Shown: piece by piece, positions 39,056-50,633 of the stretch
Position numbering within the stretch: position 1 is the first letter of the stretch
Layout of the letters: each line of letters starts with the position of its first letter
Translations under genes and position numbers: made by a program
Notes under the pieces: model-generated
The model's database searches: none
Told to the model about the DNA's origin: nothing
The model's input: the letters and a program-made list of their open reading frames with translations, nothing else
NCBI GenBank assembly: GCA_051294375.1
Contig: CM119269.1
Span: 10,708,883-10,772,882 of the forward strand
DNA: 64,000 nucleotides
Source: Paraspadella gotoi
Taxonomy: Eukaryota > Animalia > Chaetognatha
Reading direction: 5' to 3'

Positions 39056-40055
39056 GCTCGACTCCCTATCAACTTTCTTTCTTTCTACGCGGTCGGAATC
39101 GTGGAGAGCAAGAAAAAGAGGGGGGGCTACGAAATGAGGGAAAATGGAGCCATTTAAAACGAGTCTCAGAAATACATGAGGTTTTTTTTTCTCGTTTTGT
39201 TTCGATTTTCCTTTTTTTTTCCTCTTGTTTTTCTTTTTTCTTTGTTTTCTCGCGGCCGCGATAACAAATCGAAATTGTATTGCCTCCTCGAAATTGGCTT
39301 GAGACTCGAGACTCTGAGATTCAAAATCAAATACGATGAAACCGTTGAACTTCTTCCCTTTATAATTTCAGTGCATTCAATTTTTGCTCCCTTTTTTATG
39401 TTATAAAATACAGACTCTCCACTTTGTTCTACTATTTTAAGAAAAAAAGACGCAATATTAATCAAATCAGTTAAAATCAGTTAACTTTCATAATGAAATA
39501 AAAAATATAATTTTAAGCAAAGGATTAGAATTCGAAAATCATAACAACTTCACTTTCCCTGACTTAGAGCAAAAGAATTACGTAAAAGCTTTTATTTTAA
39601 TCAACTGAAATCTGATCTTCTTCGGTTTAAATCCAATTATTGATTTTTCTCTTTTTTTGTGTTAAAAAGAATAAAAATAGTTTTCTCCGTTCACTTTTCC
39701 TCAGGCTTCTCTTGTTATCGCTTTAATATTCTTTCTGTAAGTCATACCTCTCTTCTTGTTTTCTCTGTTCACTTCTCCACCCCGCTCCCTCTCTCTCCAA
39801 TTTTCCTCTCAAACCAAGTTTCCTCTCTCTCTCTCTCTCTCTCNNNNNNNNNNNNNNNNNNNNNNNNNNNNNNNNNNNNNNNNNNNNNNNNNNNNNNNNN
39901 NNNNNNNNNNNNNNNNNNNNNNNNNNNNNNNNNNNNNNNNNNNNNNNNNNNNNNNNCATCCCCCATCCAAGACTAATGGTAACGCTGGCCGAGCGCCGCT
40001 GGCCGAATCCCTCTTCTCCTCTCATTACCGGAACAACCGAAACATCGCCTTCTAA
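29650..40055 (+). CDS. Tentative chain of exons for a Ser/Pro-rich protein (29650-29770, 32326-32393, 35138-35166, from 37068, possible last exon 39972-40055)
   Basis: The first four islands follow a pyrimidine tract plus CAG, and the first three end in G|GT. The last follows AAG next to an N gap. One frame reads EPIHPSTKVDTPARQNHTFLASPNSSPSLERQLKAKPSPDESKDFLQRHSTGASNEDFTSLPTSDPSAFGTQ. A second frame is also open, so the frame is undetermined and the transcript could be non-coding. Confidence 0.35.
34367..34452. repeat. (CTTT)n microsatellite
   Basis: Directly visible; a complementary (AAAG)n array lies at ~45593-45677. Confidence 0.95.
35417..35790 (+). mobile_element. Non-autonomous Helentron-associated (HINE/DINE-1-like) element, apparently complete
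   Basis: Starts AAACAAGA. Subterminal GTTGCGCCGC (35441-35450) is inverted to GCGGCGCAAC near the other end. Internal (CATGA)n and (GACC/GACA)n microsatellites. A 30-bp near-perfect palindrome AGTTGCTCCGCGAGTACTCGCGGCGCAACT (35756-35785) is followed by an A run. Homologous to copies at 8.1-8.4 kb and 53.2-53.4 kb. Confidence 0.75.
37527..38119. mobile_element. MITE / non-autonomous DNA transposon (~593 bp)
   Basis: Terminal inverted repeats CCATACTATCTAGGAAAAAAGTATATCACAT (37527-37557) and ATGTGATATACTTTTTCCTAGATAGTATGG (38090-38119) differ only by one A in the homopolymer. CAA lies directly outside both ends. The interior is AT-rich with no convincing ORF. Confidence 0.8.
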
Positions 40056-42745
40056 CGAGGCCTGCGGGGTTACGACTGCTCCACGATGCCGACTTCGCTG
40101 GAACTGACGACTTTGGCGGTCAACTCGACGCCGACGCCGCCGCCGACTCCGCTGCCGACTCCGCTGCCGACTCTGCCGCCGCCGCCGGAACCATGAACCT
40201 TTCAAAACATCTGTTATGCCGCGTCGCCAATGACCAAGCAATTGGAGACAGTTGAAGCCCGGAAATTTAGCCGAGAGTTCAGGCCAGACACAAGGAAAAC
40301 AATAACAGAAACAAAAAAGTTGCAAAATTCATTAATATACATTATACAATCCTGTGCAAAAAAAAACAACAAAAAAACAAAAAAAAACAAAAAACACGCC
40401 ACTTTATAACTTTAAATTTAAGACGCATTATAAAAAATATTTCCAAAAATTATATAAGAAAAAGAATTTTTTTTAAAAAAGGGAATCAAGTGTTTAAATT
40501 TTATTACAATTAACACGATTAAGATTGTAGGACAATGAACGTCATGATACCGTTGGGTTTCTTTTATCCATCGCAATGCCATAGGATTAAGATTGAGACT
40601 ATCACCGTGATTTTATTGCAGTCGGAGACTAAGCAAAGCAACTACAACAACAACCATAACAACAACACAGCCAGAGGCGTGAAAAGAATCATTTCCGATC
40701 GCCGACCGATTATGACAAACGCCACACAACTGCTCAGAACGCAAGAGATTTGACGCGCGCTCCGTGACGCGAATGGTGCGTGCGCCAAGCTCGATTAAGT
40801 TCCAAGCTCGGTCGAACAAGCATCATGAACGCCGAACAGACAAGTTTCGCGATGAAAGGCGATCGAGAGTCGGATGTTGGACACGAGTTCCATCAATGAT
40901 AAGGATTTGGAAGAGGTGAGTGAATCCTGGACGGGCAAAGACGAAACTTGCTTTGGGTAGATTTGGAGTCTTTGTGGGAAAGAGAGAGGGGGGGAAGAGG
41001 GAGGGAGGAATGGAGGGAGAGAGAGNNNNNNNNNNAGAGAGAGCAAACTCAACTAGGATCGTGTGATTTCGGAGAGTAACAGAAAAAAATAACATTTAAT
41101 CGTTTTATTTTCAAATTTCATTTAAATGATTCGAAACCAGAATTAGCAGAGGATAAGTAGAGAGTGCAATTGCCACTTTAGTCCCCACCCACTCCATCTT
41201 CGACGTCACCGCCGCCGGTCCGCTGCCACTCTCGCCACCAGCGCCACCTCCCGCATTTGATTCGCATTTTTAGTACTGATTGAAACCTCCAGGCAATTTC
41301 TAACAAAAAAAAAGGAAAAATGGCAAACTAAAAATAAGTATAGTAACGATTTTTTAAATTATTCTTTCGCATTAATTATAGAATTTGACTACCCATATTT
41401 CCCGTCACTACTTCCGATTTTTTTTTCTTTCTGTACCGTTTCTAAAAAATTACTAGCCTATAATTTTGCACCGATATGCACTAAGATTTTTTTTACCACG
41501 TTTTAATATATCATCTTTTTTTTCCATTTTAAGAAAAAATTCATGTAAAATTTACCGAACTCATAACTCATCACTTCCTCTTTTTTCACTTTTTTCACAC
41601 CAACACTTCTTTCCTCCACAGTCACGTTTTGTTGTTTAAGGGGCGAGAAATATGACTCTTGAGACGAAGGAACAGGAAAAAGCGAAAACGGCGAGAGAGA
41701 TTTAAGGGGAAAAGAGGCAAATTTCAAGGGAATATTTCCCGAGAAAGATTACATTTTACTACGTATTATACAAACGAAAAATAATAATAATAATAATGTT
41801 AATTATTATAACGAAGATATAAAGAGATCGTTGAAACGTTGAAAAACGGTATACAAAGTTTTAAAAAATTCTTCAGAGAAACAAAGAGTGAAGGTTAAAA
41901 AAAAGGTCAAGTTAATTATTAAAAAAACTTTCAGTTTCTTTTTTTTTTATCGCTACAAGATTTTTACGATAATCTCGACGCTCATTCAAGCGTCTCAAGT
42001 TCGAGGAAGAAAAATTTTAAAGAAAACATTTTTTTCTTCCGAAAACTGAATTTAAATTATCCTATTATAAACATTTTTTTCACTATTTTACAGTCATGTA
42101 AGCATGGTAACTAAAGCGTAGTAAAAATTCTACATCTAAGTTTAATTAAAATTCTAAGAGTGAGGAATTAACAACATTGTAAAACATTGCAAATTTGCAT
42201 TCCTCATGAAAAGTTGATAAAAACTATACTTTTAACGAGGTATTTAAATCTGCCATCAAAATTAAGAAAAGCCAATTTTTAAATTTTGAATTTTATCAGG
42301 ATAGTATTATACATAAATATAGCTTACTTAAAAAAATTAGAATTATATTTGACTTTTAGAATTTTCAAACGAGACTTTCACTACGCTCTAATGGTGATCG
42401 ACTTAAAATTATGATTTATAAAAAACTTCATTTATGTTACGTAAGTACGAAATTATGTTGTTATATTCTGATCATTATTAATTTCGGGTATTTTTTATTA
42501 TCGATTCAGCTTAGTCTTTGTTCCTTCTTCATTTTCTTTTGTGCTTTTTCGCGGTTTTGTTCTCATTTCTAATCAAAGGCCTATTCACTAAAATTATCTG
42601 GTTACGCTGTCATCCATTTTGTCTCTCATCGCTTCAAATTTTTCTGGTCGTAACAGCTGCTTTACGGTTGGTCTCTTTATCTTTTTAAATTTGGTCAGTA
42701 GGAATTATATATATAATACTTAAGGGAGTGGTCTTTTCATACAAT

Positions 42746-42989
42746 TGAAACATTCTTTGAAATATTTTCCACTTCATTGATAGGGAAGCCAGGTACTCTG
42801 GGAGTGAATAAACGAGATTGTAAGAGAGTCTTGATTGAAAGCTTGCAGGGACCTGCTATGTTATTATCTTGTAAGAGTGATGGAGGCCTTAAACCACCAA
42901 AGCCTGTCCAAAGTCAGGGGCAAGATAGCTTATTTATTAAATGAATGGATAATTTTTATATTGGTTGTACCAATTTCATATATATATAT
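42746..42989 (+). mobile_element. Dispersed repeat, probable 3' end of a non-LTR retroelement (LINE/SINE/Penelope-like)
   Basis: Aligns by eye with 17425-17702 and 28025-28142. All copies share the end ATTGGTTGTACCAAT (stem-loop, altered in the 17.4 kb copy), here followed by (AT)n, and differ in extent at the other end. Confidence 0.65.
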
Positions 42990-44458
42990 TTAGAATATTC
43001 TTATAGTTAAAACTTAAAATTTCAATAAAAAGTGATAAACAAATAATAACTTTGAGGACTTTTCAAGTTTTCATAAAATCTTTCCGGGTCGACTCGACCC
43101 GAAAAAATAGAAATATTTTTTTTTCCCGCGTTTTATCGGAAGCGACTTGTTTTTCCCCAGAGGATTCATTGACCATTCATCGCCCTCATTCTGTGACAAC
43201 AACCCGCAACCCTCAGCTCTCGCTCTTCCACTCATCAAGAGCCAATGAGAGTGCTGCCCCAAAATCCCCATCGCCGATCGTCCCTAACGTCCACGCCCAA
43301 ATTACGGCGCCGACCAAAAGACGGACGTTTTCGTCGATTCCTGGGAGAGCATAAGAAAAACCTTAGGGGTACCCGGGTCCCGTCGGCCGGCCAGAACCCG
43401 ACGAAAGGCGGCGTCCGTCGTTGGCGAGAAGGAAAAAAGCAATGAAGCCCAGCACAACAACTCAGTTATCAGCCAAGCGCCGCGTTTCGCCACGCCCACC
43501 CATCAACCCGCGGGTCCTCGCCAGCGACGCCGCCGCCGATTTTCCCGCAGACGCTGCCGCTGCCGCCGCCGTCAATGCCGCCACCGCCGCCGCCCGGGCG
43601 AGTTTGGCGCTTAAATCATTTCTGGGTAAAAATATTACGAGTCGCTCGGGACCGGGATTTTTTTTTGGTTGGGTAACGGAAGGACGNNNNNNNNNNNNNN
43701 NNNNNNNNNNNNNNNNNNNNNNNNNNNNNNNNNNNNNNNNNNNNNNNNNNNNNNNNNNNNNNNNNNNNNNNNNNNNNNNNNNNNNNNNNNNNNNNNNNNN
43801 NNNNNNNNNNNNNNNNNNNNNNNNNNNNNNNNNNNNNNNNNNNNNNNNNNNNNNNNNNNNNNNNNNNNNNNNNNNNCCCGTCGCTAGGCTCTCTGGTTTT
43901 CCACGAACTTGCCCTCGTCAATCCGCTCCTTTCTTATCTTTCTTTTCCTTCTTCTTTTATTTCTTTTTCCCTTCTTCCTCTTTTCTTTCTCTTTCTTCTC
44001 CCCCATTATATTCGCATCGAGCGCTACTCGCTTGTCAATCCCACATCGCCGGCGGCTGCGCAAGACAGAGAAAAAAAAATCCGCTTCCCCCGGTTTTTTT
44101 TTATCGCGTCTCATTTTGGTTGAGTAACTTCATCCGCACTCGATACTCACCCTGGAATATCCGCCATCCTAACTCACGGTAAGATTCCGTCGCACCCCAA
44201 CATCGGCAGCTTCCTCAGTCTCGACGCGATTCCAACGAGAGTCAGTCTAATCCTATAAAACCTTACCCGAAGAGACTATAAAAGGTCGGTTTTGTTTACT
44301 CCCGCGCCATTCCTTTTGTTTTGGGGAGAATCGACAGGCGAGTCCTTTCCAGAAGTCTCTCTTCGATTCTACTAAAACGCTTTATATCTTTTGTTTTTTT
44401 CACTCCGTCGTGACAATGTTATCGCCATACCAAAAAAATCAATGATCAACGCCCTCAC

Positions 44459-44795
44459 CTTGCAGTGGGGCGGGTAGGTGACCCAGCGACGCTTTCCCTC
44501 GTTGACGGCCACTTTGCGCATGTAATCCTTGTACTGATCCCGGACGCCCCAGAGGTGACTCAACTGGTCCACCCGTTCCATCGCCTTGTCGGGGGGGTAG
44601 TGGCGAAGAGAGGATCAAAGGAGAGTGAAGACGGTTGGGATTGTGATGGTGGTGGTGGGGGTAGGGGTGGTGGATGATGGACGACGCTTGATTGGAAGTT
44701 AGTGATGTCGAGGTCGACTCGATGAGAAACCGCGATCGTCGGCCCGCGACCTCGCGGGGTAAACAATCCTCATCCAGGGTCAAACTCTCTTTCTC

Positions 44796-44848
<53 letters not shown>

Positions 44849-45593
44849 ATCTCTCTCTCTTTCTCTGTCGTCTCTCTCTCTCTCTCTCTCTCTCCTTCCC
44901 TCTCGTTCCTTTCACTTTTCACTTTTTTCTTGACGCTATGCAAATTCGCATTGGAAGTTAAAAGCATTCGTGCGAAGGAATCGGAGGCAGCTTCCGCGGA
45001 ACCGGGAGGAGTGGAGGAAAAGGGGATGAGAGGAGAGGAGAAGACGGAGGAAAGGAGAATGAAGGGAAAGAAGAGTGAAGAGAGGAAAGGGGAGGAAAGA
45101 GGAAGTAGGAAAATAAAGAAGAGAGATTAAAAAAAAGAGAAGAAGAGAGGAGTGATAGGAAGAGAGTTGAAAGGAAGGGGAGGAAGATGAGGGCTGCGGT
45201 CCAAAGGGAATAGAGGGAACAGAAAAGGAAGAAGGGAAAAAAGAGAAGAAAAAAAGTGGGTGGGGTTGATTTTCAATCAAATTTCCTTATTTTTATTCAT
45301 TAGTAATTAATCATATTGCGAAAATAAGCAATACGGGGAAGAAAAATAAAGGCTGTGAAAAATGGAAGAGGAGGAGGAAAAGAGGAAAGTGAAAGATAAA
45401 GCACTAAAACAAGGTAGAGAGTGGGAAGGTGGGATAAGAAAAATAGAAAACGAGGGAGGGAACTCGCAGAAGGAAAACAAATTTCTATGGAGAGATTGGG
45501 ACAAGGAGAAAGAAAGGGAGATAGAGATAGACAAGGAGAAAGAGAAAGAGAGAGAGAAACGCAAGATGAGGTATATTTATAGAAAATTAACAA

Positions 45594-45677
<84 letters not shown>

Positions 45678-46225
45678 AAAAAGGGAAAAATAACTAGAAA
45701 ACAGAAAAAAAATCAAAAAAAGAAAAGAAAAGAAAAAGAAGAAGAAATTTCATTTTAAAAGAAGGACGAAACTAGTACCTTAAACTTGGGAGGAAGAATT
45801 CTATGATTGTGGCAAGAAATAAAAACCAAAACTGAACAGCGCTTCCTTTCCTTTCGCTTCCTCCACACTCCCCCTCAACAAAAAAAGAAAAAAAGAAAAA
45901 AGGAAATCAAAACGAGTTTCGCCTTCTCCTCATTCTATTAACTTTGAGGAGAGAAAAGGTTAAGTCGAGGAGGTAACGAAAAAAAAACAAAATGAGAAAC
46001 AAAGAGAAAGAAAAAAAAACAAAAGAAGAAACAAGAAAAGGAAAAAAAAGCTTCGTCTTTCGAGAAACAACAAAGCCTTAAATTATTGGCCTCTTCTCAG
46101 GGAGAGAGAGTCCCATTCGCTGATTACTGTATCTCTCTTTCTTTATCTCTTTCTCTTTTTACTTTCTCCACTGTTCTTCTCTCTCGTCTCTCTTCTCTCT
46201 CTCTCTCTACTCTCTCTCTCCTTCG

Positions 46226-46266
<41 letters not shown>

Positions 46267-46612
46267 CACCTCGTCCTCGAAACAGGTGAGATACTTGCTG
46301 ACCGCCCTGAGTTCGTTCATGATCTGCCAGTGCAACTCTCGAATGTTGTTGTCCGTCATCTTGTCGATCTTAGGCTGTTCCAGCGACCCAAGCATGTTGC
46401 ACATGACGTTGCAAGCTCGGGCAAGGGCGCGATCGATGGCCGGACGATCCACCTGCCGACAGCAGACGCGAACAAGCGGAAGATTAGAGCTGCAGATGGT
46501 GGTGAGATGAAGTGGCACTTTTAATAGTACCTTGAGTAAATCTAAATTTGAACAGTGTGTATATTGATTTCGTTCTTTTCTCGACTCGTTACTTACCTAC
46601 TTACTTACTTAA

Positions 46613-46653
<41 letters not shown>

Positions 46654-47655
46654 CTTTAGCCTAATTTTCTCGTAACGAGTCATTTCGTTGTCCAATATAT
46701 TTTTTAGCTTCCTTTCTCCACCCAATACCCACTTTCGATACCTCGATCGCTTCCGGGAAAATAGTTGGGCGCCGCGACAAAAGGGGGGGGGTGTTGGAGA
46801 CGCTGATGAAAAAAGCGACCGTGGGGTTTGTGCACCTTGAATTAAGTTGTCCCGTCAGATTGCGGAGCCCGTCACGACACCTGCCTGGTTATTTGACACC
46901 AACCGCGCCCATTTCTACGTCTACCCGCCCGATTTCGACACCTGTCCGGTTCTTTCCCGCACCTGCCCGACGTTTAATTCAAACGCTACCTGTTTCGTGC
47001 CCGCGCCAGATTCCAACGTTTACGAAACTCGTTTGGAATGTGGAGCCACCTGCCGAGAATTGACGACGAGCAAGGGAAACAAAACCACGTAGAGTTTGCT
47101 GCGGAGGTCGACGACGACGACGACAACGATGAAAACAACGATGATGACGACGAAGACGACGGCGCAGACCGAAACTATTCAAACTTAGCTTCAATGAAGA
47201 GCGAAAGAATGTAACAAAATAAATTTGAAAGCCGTCGATTCCAAAATGGCGCCATTTTCTGATCAACTTCAGAAACCACAAGAACATTCTGTCGTTTTGT
47301 TTGTTACCATGAAATCCAATCAAAGAAGCAATGCCGATAATTTCAGGGCAACGAAGACGACAACAACGACAACCAACGCGTCTTCGAAGAGACGAAGAAA
47401 AGAGAGAGCCGAGAAGAAGATCGAAAACAAAAGACTGTCGCTTTGGGAGGAAGAGAAGAATAAAAAGAAAAGAGAGGGACGACTAGAAAGGAGAAAAAAA
47501 ATGGCGGCGCGATTCGAACGGCGTCTCATCAGCGAAGGAGGATGATTAAATAGACGTGATTTAGAAAAAAAAAGGATTAAGAAAAAGTGGAAAATATTAA
47601 AAAATTAAAGAAGGGTAAGAATGAGAGGGACGAGGGAAAAACAAATGAGCGAAAC

Positions 47656-47695
<40 letters not shown>

Positions 47696-50633
47696 TAAAC
47701 CACACACCACACATCAGTTATTTCTATTCCTATACTTACGCGGACTCGTGGTATATCACGCCGTCCACAAAATCCCTTACTTTCGATTCTGTGATTCTTG
47801 TTTACGCGTGGACGAAGATAGATGTGGGATTTGCACTGAGATACGTGAAGTTAGATCGAGTAGCCGACTTGGATTTCGGAATGAGTTGTAATGCTATCAT
47901 TTAATATCTTATCTTCGATTACTTATTCCCTTTTATTTATTGGGCGGTTACTACTTATACGTTTACTAACATTCATTATTATTACTTATTTGCTACGCAT
48001 TTTAACTATTTTTTATTGTACGTCTACGTATAAAAAATACAAAATGATTATATACTATTTTGTTACACTGATGGTTGTATACATTTATTTTTCGGGAAAA
48101 TTAGCAGAACTTTTTTTTACTAATAAACAAAATCGAATATTTCAAATAATTGAATAAAAAAAGTAAACGGTATCCAGTATCAACTTATCAAAATCTGAAT
48201 CAAATTTATAATGATGTAATTTTTTAATAAGAATACAAGAAGTTTAAATATATATAAATACTAAACAAGTCAAAAGGCGCATATTACTACAAAAGAAAAT
48301 GACTTATACTTTTCCTCGCAGCGCCATAATCCTCTTAAATATGGACGAATATTGAATTCAGCCTTATCCAGAAATGGTAAACTGAATAAAAAGTAACGGA
48401 AAAACTCCCGTTTATGGAAAATAATTCAAGACGCTAAAAAATATATTGTCTGCAAGAACAAACATGACATAATAATTATTATTTGTAACGTTCATTTAAA
48501 GTTTAAACGAGCTCCCAGTTCCCTGATCCGTTCGGGGCCTAACCGTAAGTCGGCGACCGAAGCTGCTGGCTGCTCCGGCACGCGACGAACAGCGAATCTG
48601 CTGACACCTGATCGAGGCATCCGACATCAACGTGAAAGATCGGAATTTAGTGTCGAAGACATTTTAAGTCTTTTTGGTTGAGTTTCTCGTTTTGGGGAAG
48701 AGAAGAAAATTTCAGTGGATTTTAATTCACTTGCGGTTTTATTATTCGATTGACTTTTTATACACATGCGCACATCGAACTTGAAATCGAATGAACCCGA
48801 TTAACAATAGTACAGTATTTTTTAAGCGCCAATCTCATCAACAAGTTTTCATCCCTAATTATATGTTAGGGAATGAAAACTTATTAACATAATGAAAGTA
48901 CTATGAAAAAAAATTATTAAACGGAATTTTTGACAGTGGGAAATATCAATAAAACTACACATTATCTTTGAGATATATTTTAAGTTGGAAAAATTAATTT
49001 ATTTCCTATTCTTAGTGCTGAATGTATCTTCCATTCATTAAGGAATTATTTAAAACATTTTAATCAAGGAGCCACCAACAGTTTTGTCCTAACTATCACT
49101 TTTCAGACTTATAGAAATTCTCGGAATGTAAATTGCGAAATGTTTTTTTTTTTATTTTTGCGCTTTAAAAATTTTTGGATGCAGTCTCTTGAAAATTAAA
49201 TTTGAATAGAGAACGAACAAATGTGAAATAAAATTCTGAATGAGAATTCAGATTGGATGATACAAGCTTATGGGTGGCCTTCTCTCTCTCTCATCTCTCT
49301 CTCATCTTCTTTCTCTCTCCTCGGGTCTTCTCTCCTGCTCCTCTCTCGTGCTCTTCTCTCTCTCCTCTCTCTCTCTCTCTCAATGAATGGGAGAATGGAG
49401 CTTCCGTCATCGCATTGACCAATATTCTGTTGAACCGGAGGGGGAGTATTCCTAAATGAAGTTCAAAAAGTGCAAGGAAGAGAGAGAGAGAGAGAGAGAA
49501 AGAGAGAAGAGAGAGAGAGGAGAGAGAGAGAGATTTTGAGATACAAATGGGCGAAAGAATATACAATAAAGCGCAAAAAAAAGGAGCCACTTATTAGCTT
49601 CAACATAATAATTGATAGGTGTAAACAAAATCTATAGTTCGGTCTTAGGCAGTAAATATTTAAGGAGGGGCGGGTCAAAGGAAAGAGAAACGGTTCTTAG
49701 CACATCTGGTATTTTTGTCGAGTGGTGTTGCAACTCCCAATTCTCTTCTTCATTCCAAATTAATTTCTTATTAAGGTCATGATCTCTTTTCAAAATCCTC
49801 TTGTCGACTTGCCCCTGTTTTTTTCTACTTTTTCACCCGGCCCAAATTCCTTAACTTTTGCAAAAATCCAACCCGTACCACTATTCGGTTAAACTAAAAC
49901 ATAACAAAATTGGTGACATCGAATACACCATAAAATCGTGTCTGCAAATAATGTTAATTGAATATCTCGATTTTTTGAAAACCCCCTCCCCCAACATTCC
50001 TCTTCATTCGTCAACATCTCGAGACTCTGCATCGCAGATTGTTATTTTCAGCGATCTCAATTACTCTTTCACCTTTCCTTCTCCCCTTCTTTCTTCCCTT
50101 TCCCTTTCTCTCTCTCCGTCATATTCCCTCTCGCCTGCACCCCTTCACTCTCCCCTCCGCCCCCCTCACGCTCCCCCCTTCCTCTCCCCTCCGCCCCACT
50201 CCCTTCTCCCCTTCCCTCGTCCTCGCGCGCCCACTCCCGATTCTCCCCTTCCCCTCCCCTCCGCCCCACACTCCATCTCCCCTTCCTCCCTCCGCCCCAC
50301 TCCCTCCCCCCTTTCCCCTCCCCCTCCGCGCCCACTCCCTTCTCCCTTTTCCGCCTCTCCTCGCCCCATCTCCCTTCTCCCCTTCCGCCTCCGACCTCCG
50401 CCACTCCCTTCTCCCCTTCCCCCGCGCTAGGCCATTCGCGTTCTGCATCATCACCTTTTGCCGCGGCGGCGACGCCACGCGGTTACCGGCTCAGAGCGCC
50501 GCCCGTGAGACGGACGCGGCGCGCCTCGTTCCGGTCGCGGAACGACGCCAAACTCACCGGCAGTCGTTTTCGTTCTCCCGTCGGAGAGCGACGAAACTGT
50601 ACGGCCGAATCGACGGACGACGACGATGTTCAT
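44459..50633 (-). CDS. Multi-exon gene, uncharacterised protein; exons 50633-50558, 49451-49420, 48607-48544, 47049-46990, 46541-46270, 44584-44459; 3' end (and possibly 5' end) not resolved
   Basis: Six high-complexity islands with AG/GT borders join in one stop-free frame (intron phases 1,0,1,1,0): MNIVVVRRFGRTVSSLSDGRTKTTAGILPLRFNRILVSADSLFVACRSSQQLRSPTYGGSTFQTSFVNVGIWRGHETDLLKVLLKVPLHLTTICSSNLPLVRVCCRQVDRPAIDRALARACNVMCNMLGSLEQPKIDKMTDNNIRELHWQIMNELRAVSKYLTCFEDEAMERVDQLSHLWGVRDQYKDYMRKVAVNEGKRRWVTYPPHCK. The ATG is in an ACCATG context. The last two exons are the most convincing. No family recognised. Confidence 0.7.
46589..46653. repeat. (TTAC)n microsatellite, (GTAA)n on the - strand
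   Basis: Directly visible, about 16 units with two interruptions. Confidence 0.95.
50140..50425. repeat. C-rich degenerate repeat (CTCCGCCCCACTCCCTTCTCCCC), G-run rich on the - strand
   Basis: Repeated CCGCCCCACTCCC units; lies in intron 1 of the - strand gene model. Confidence 0.75.

Noticed and set aside
46847-47092. + strand ORF resembling a Kunitz domain (HFYVY...NVYETRLECGATC)
   Set aside because: The best-matching part is the antisense of exon 4 of the - strand model. Cys spacing does not fit Kunitz, the N-terminal Cys pair needs a frameshift, and I found no signal-peptide exon. A Pfam Kunitz_BPTI hit or + strand reads would reopen it.
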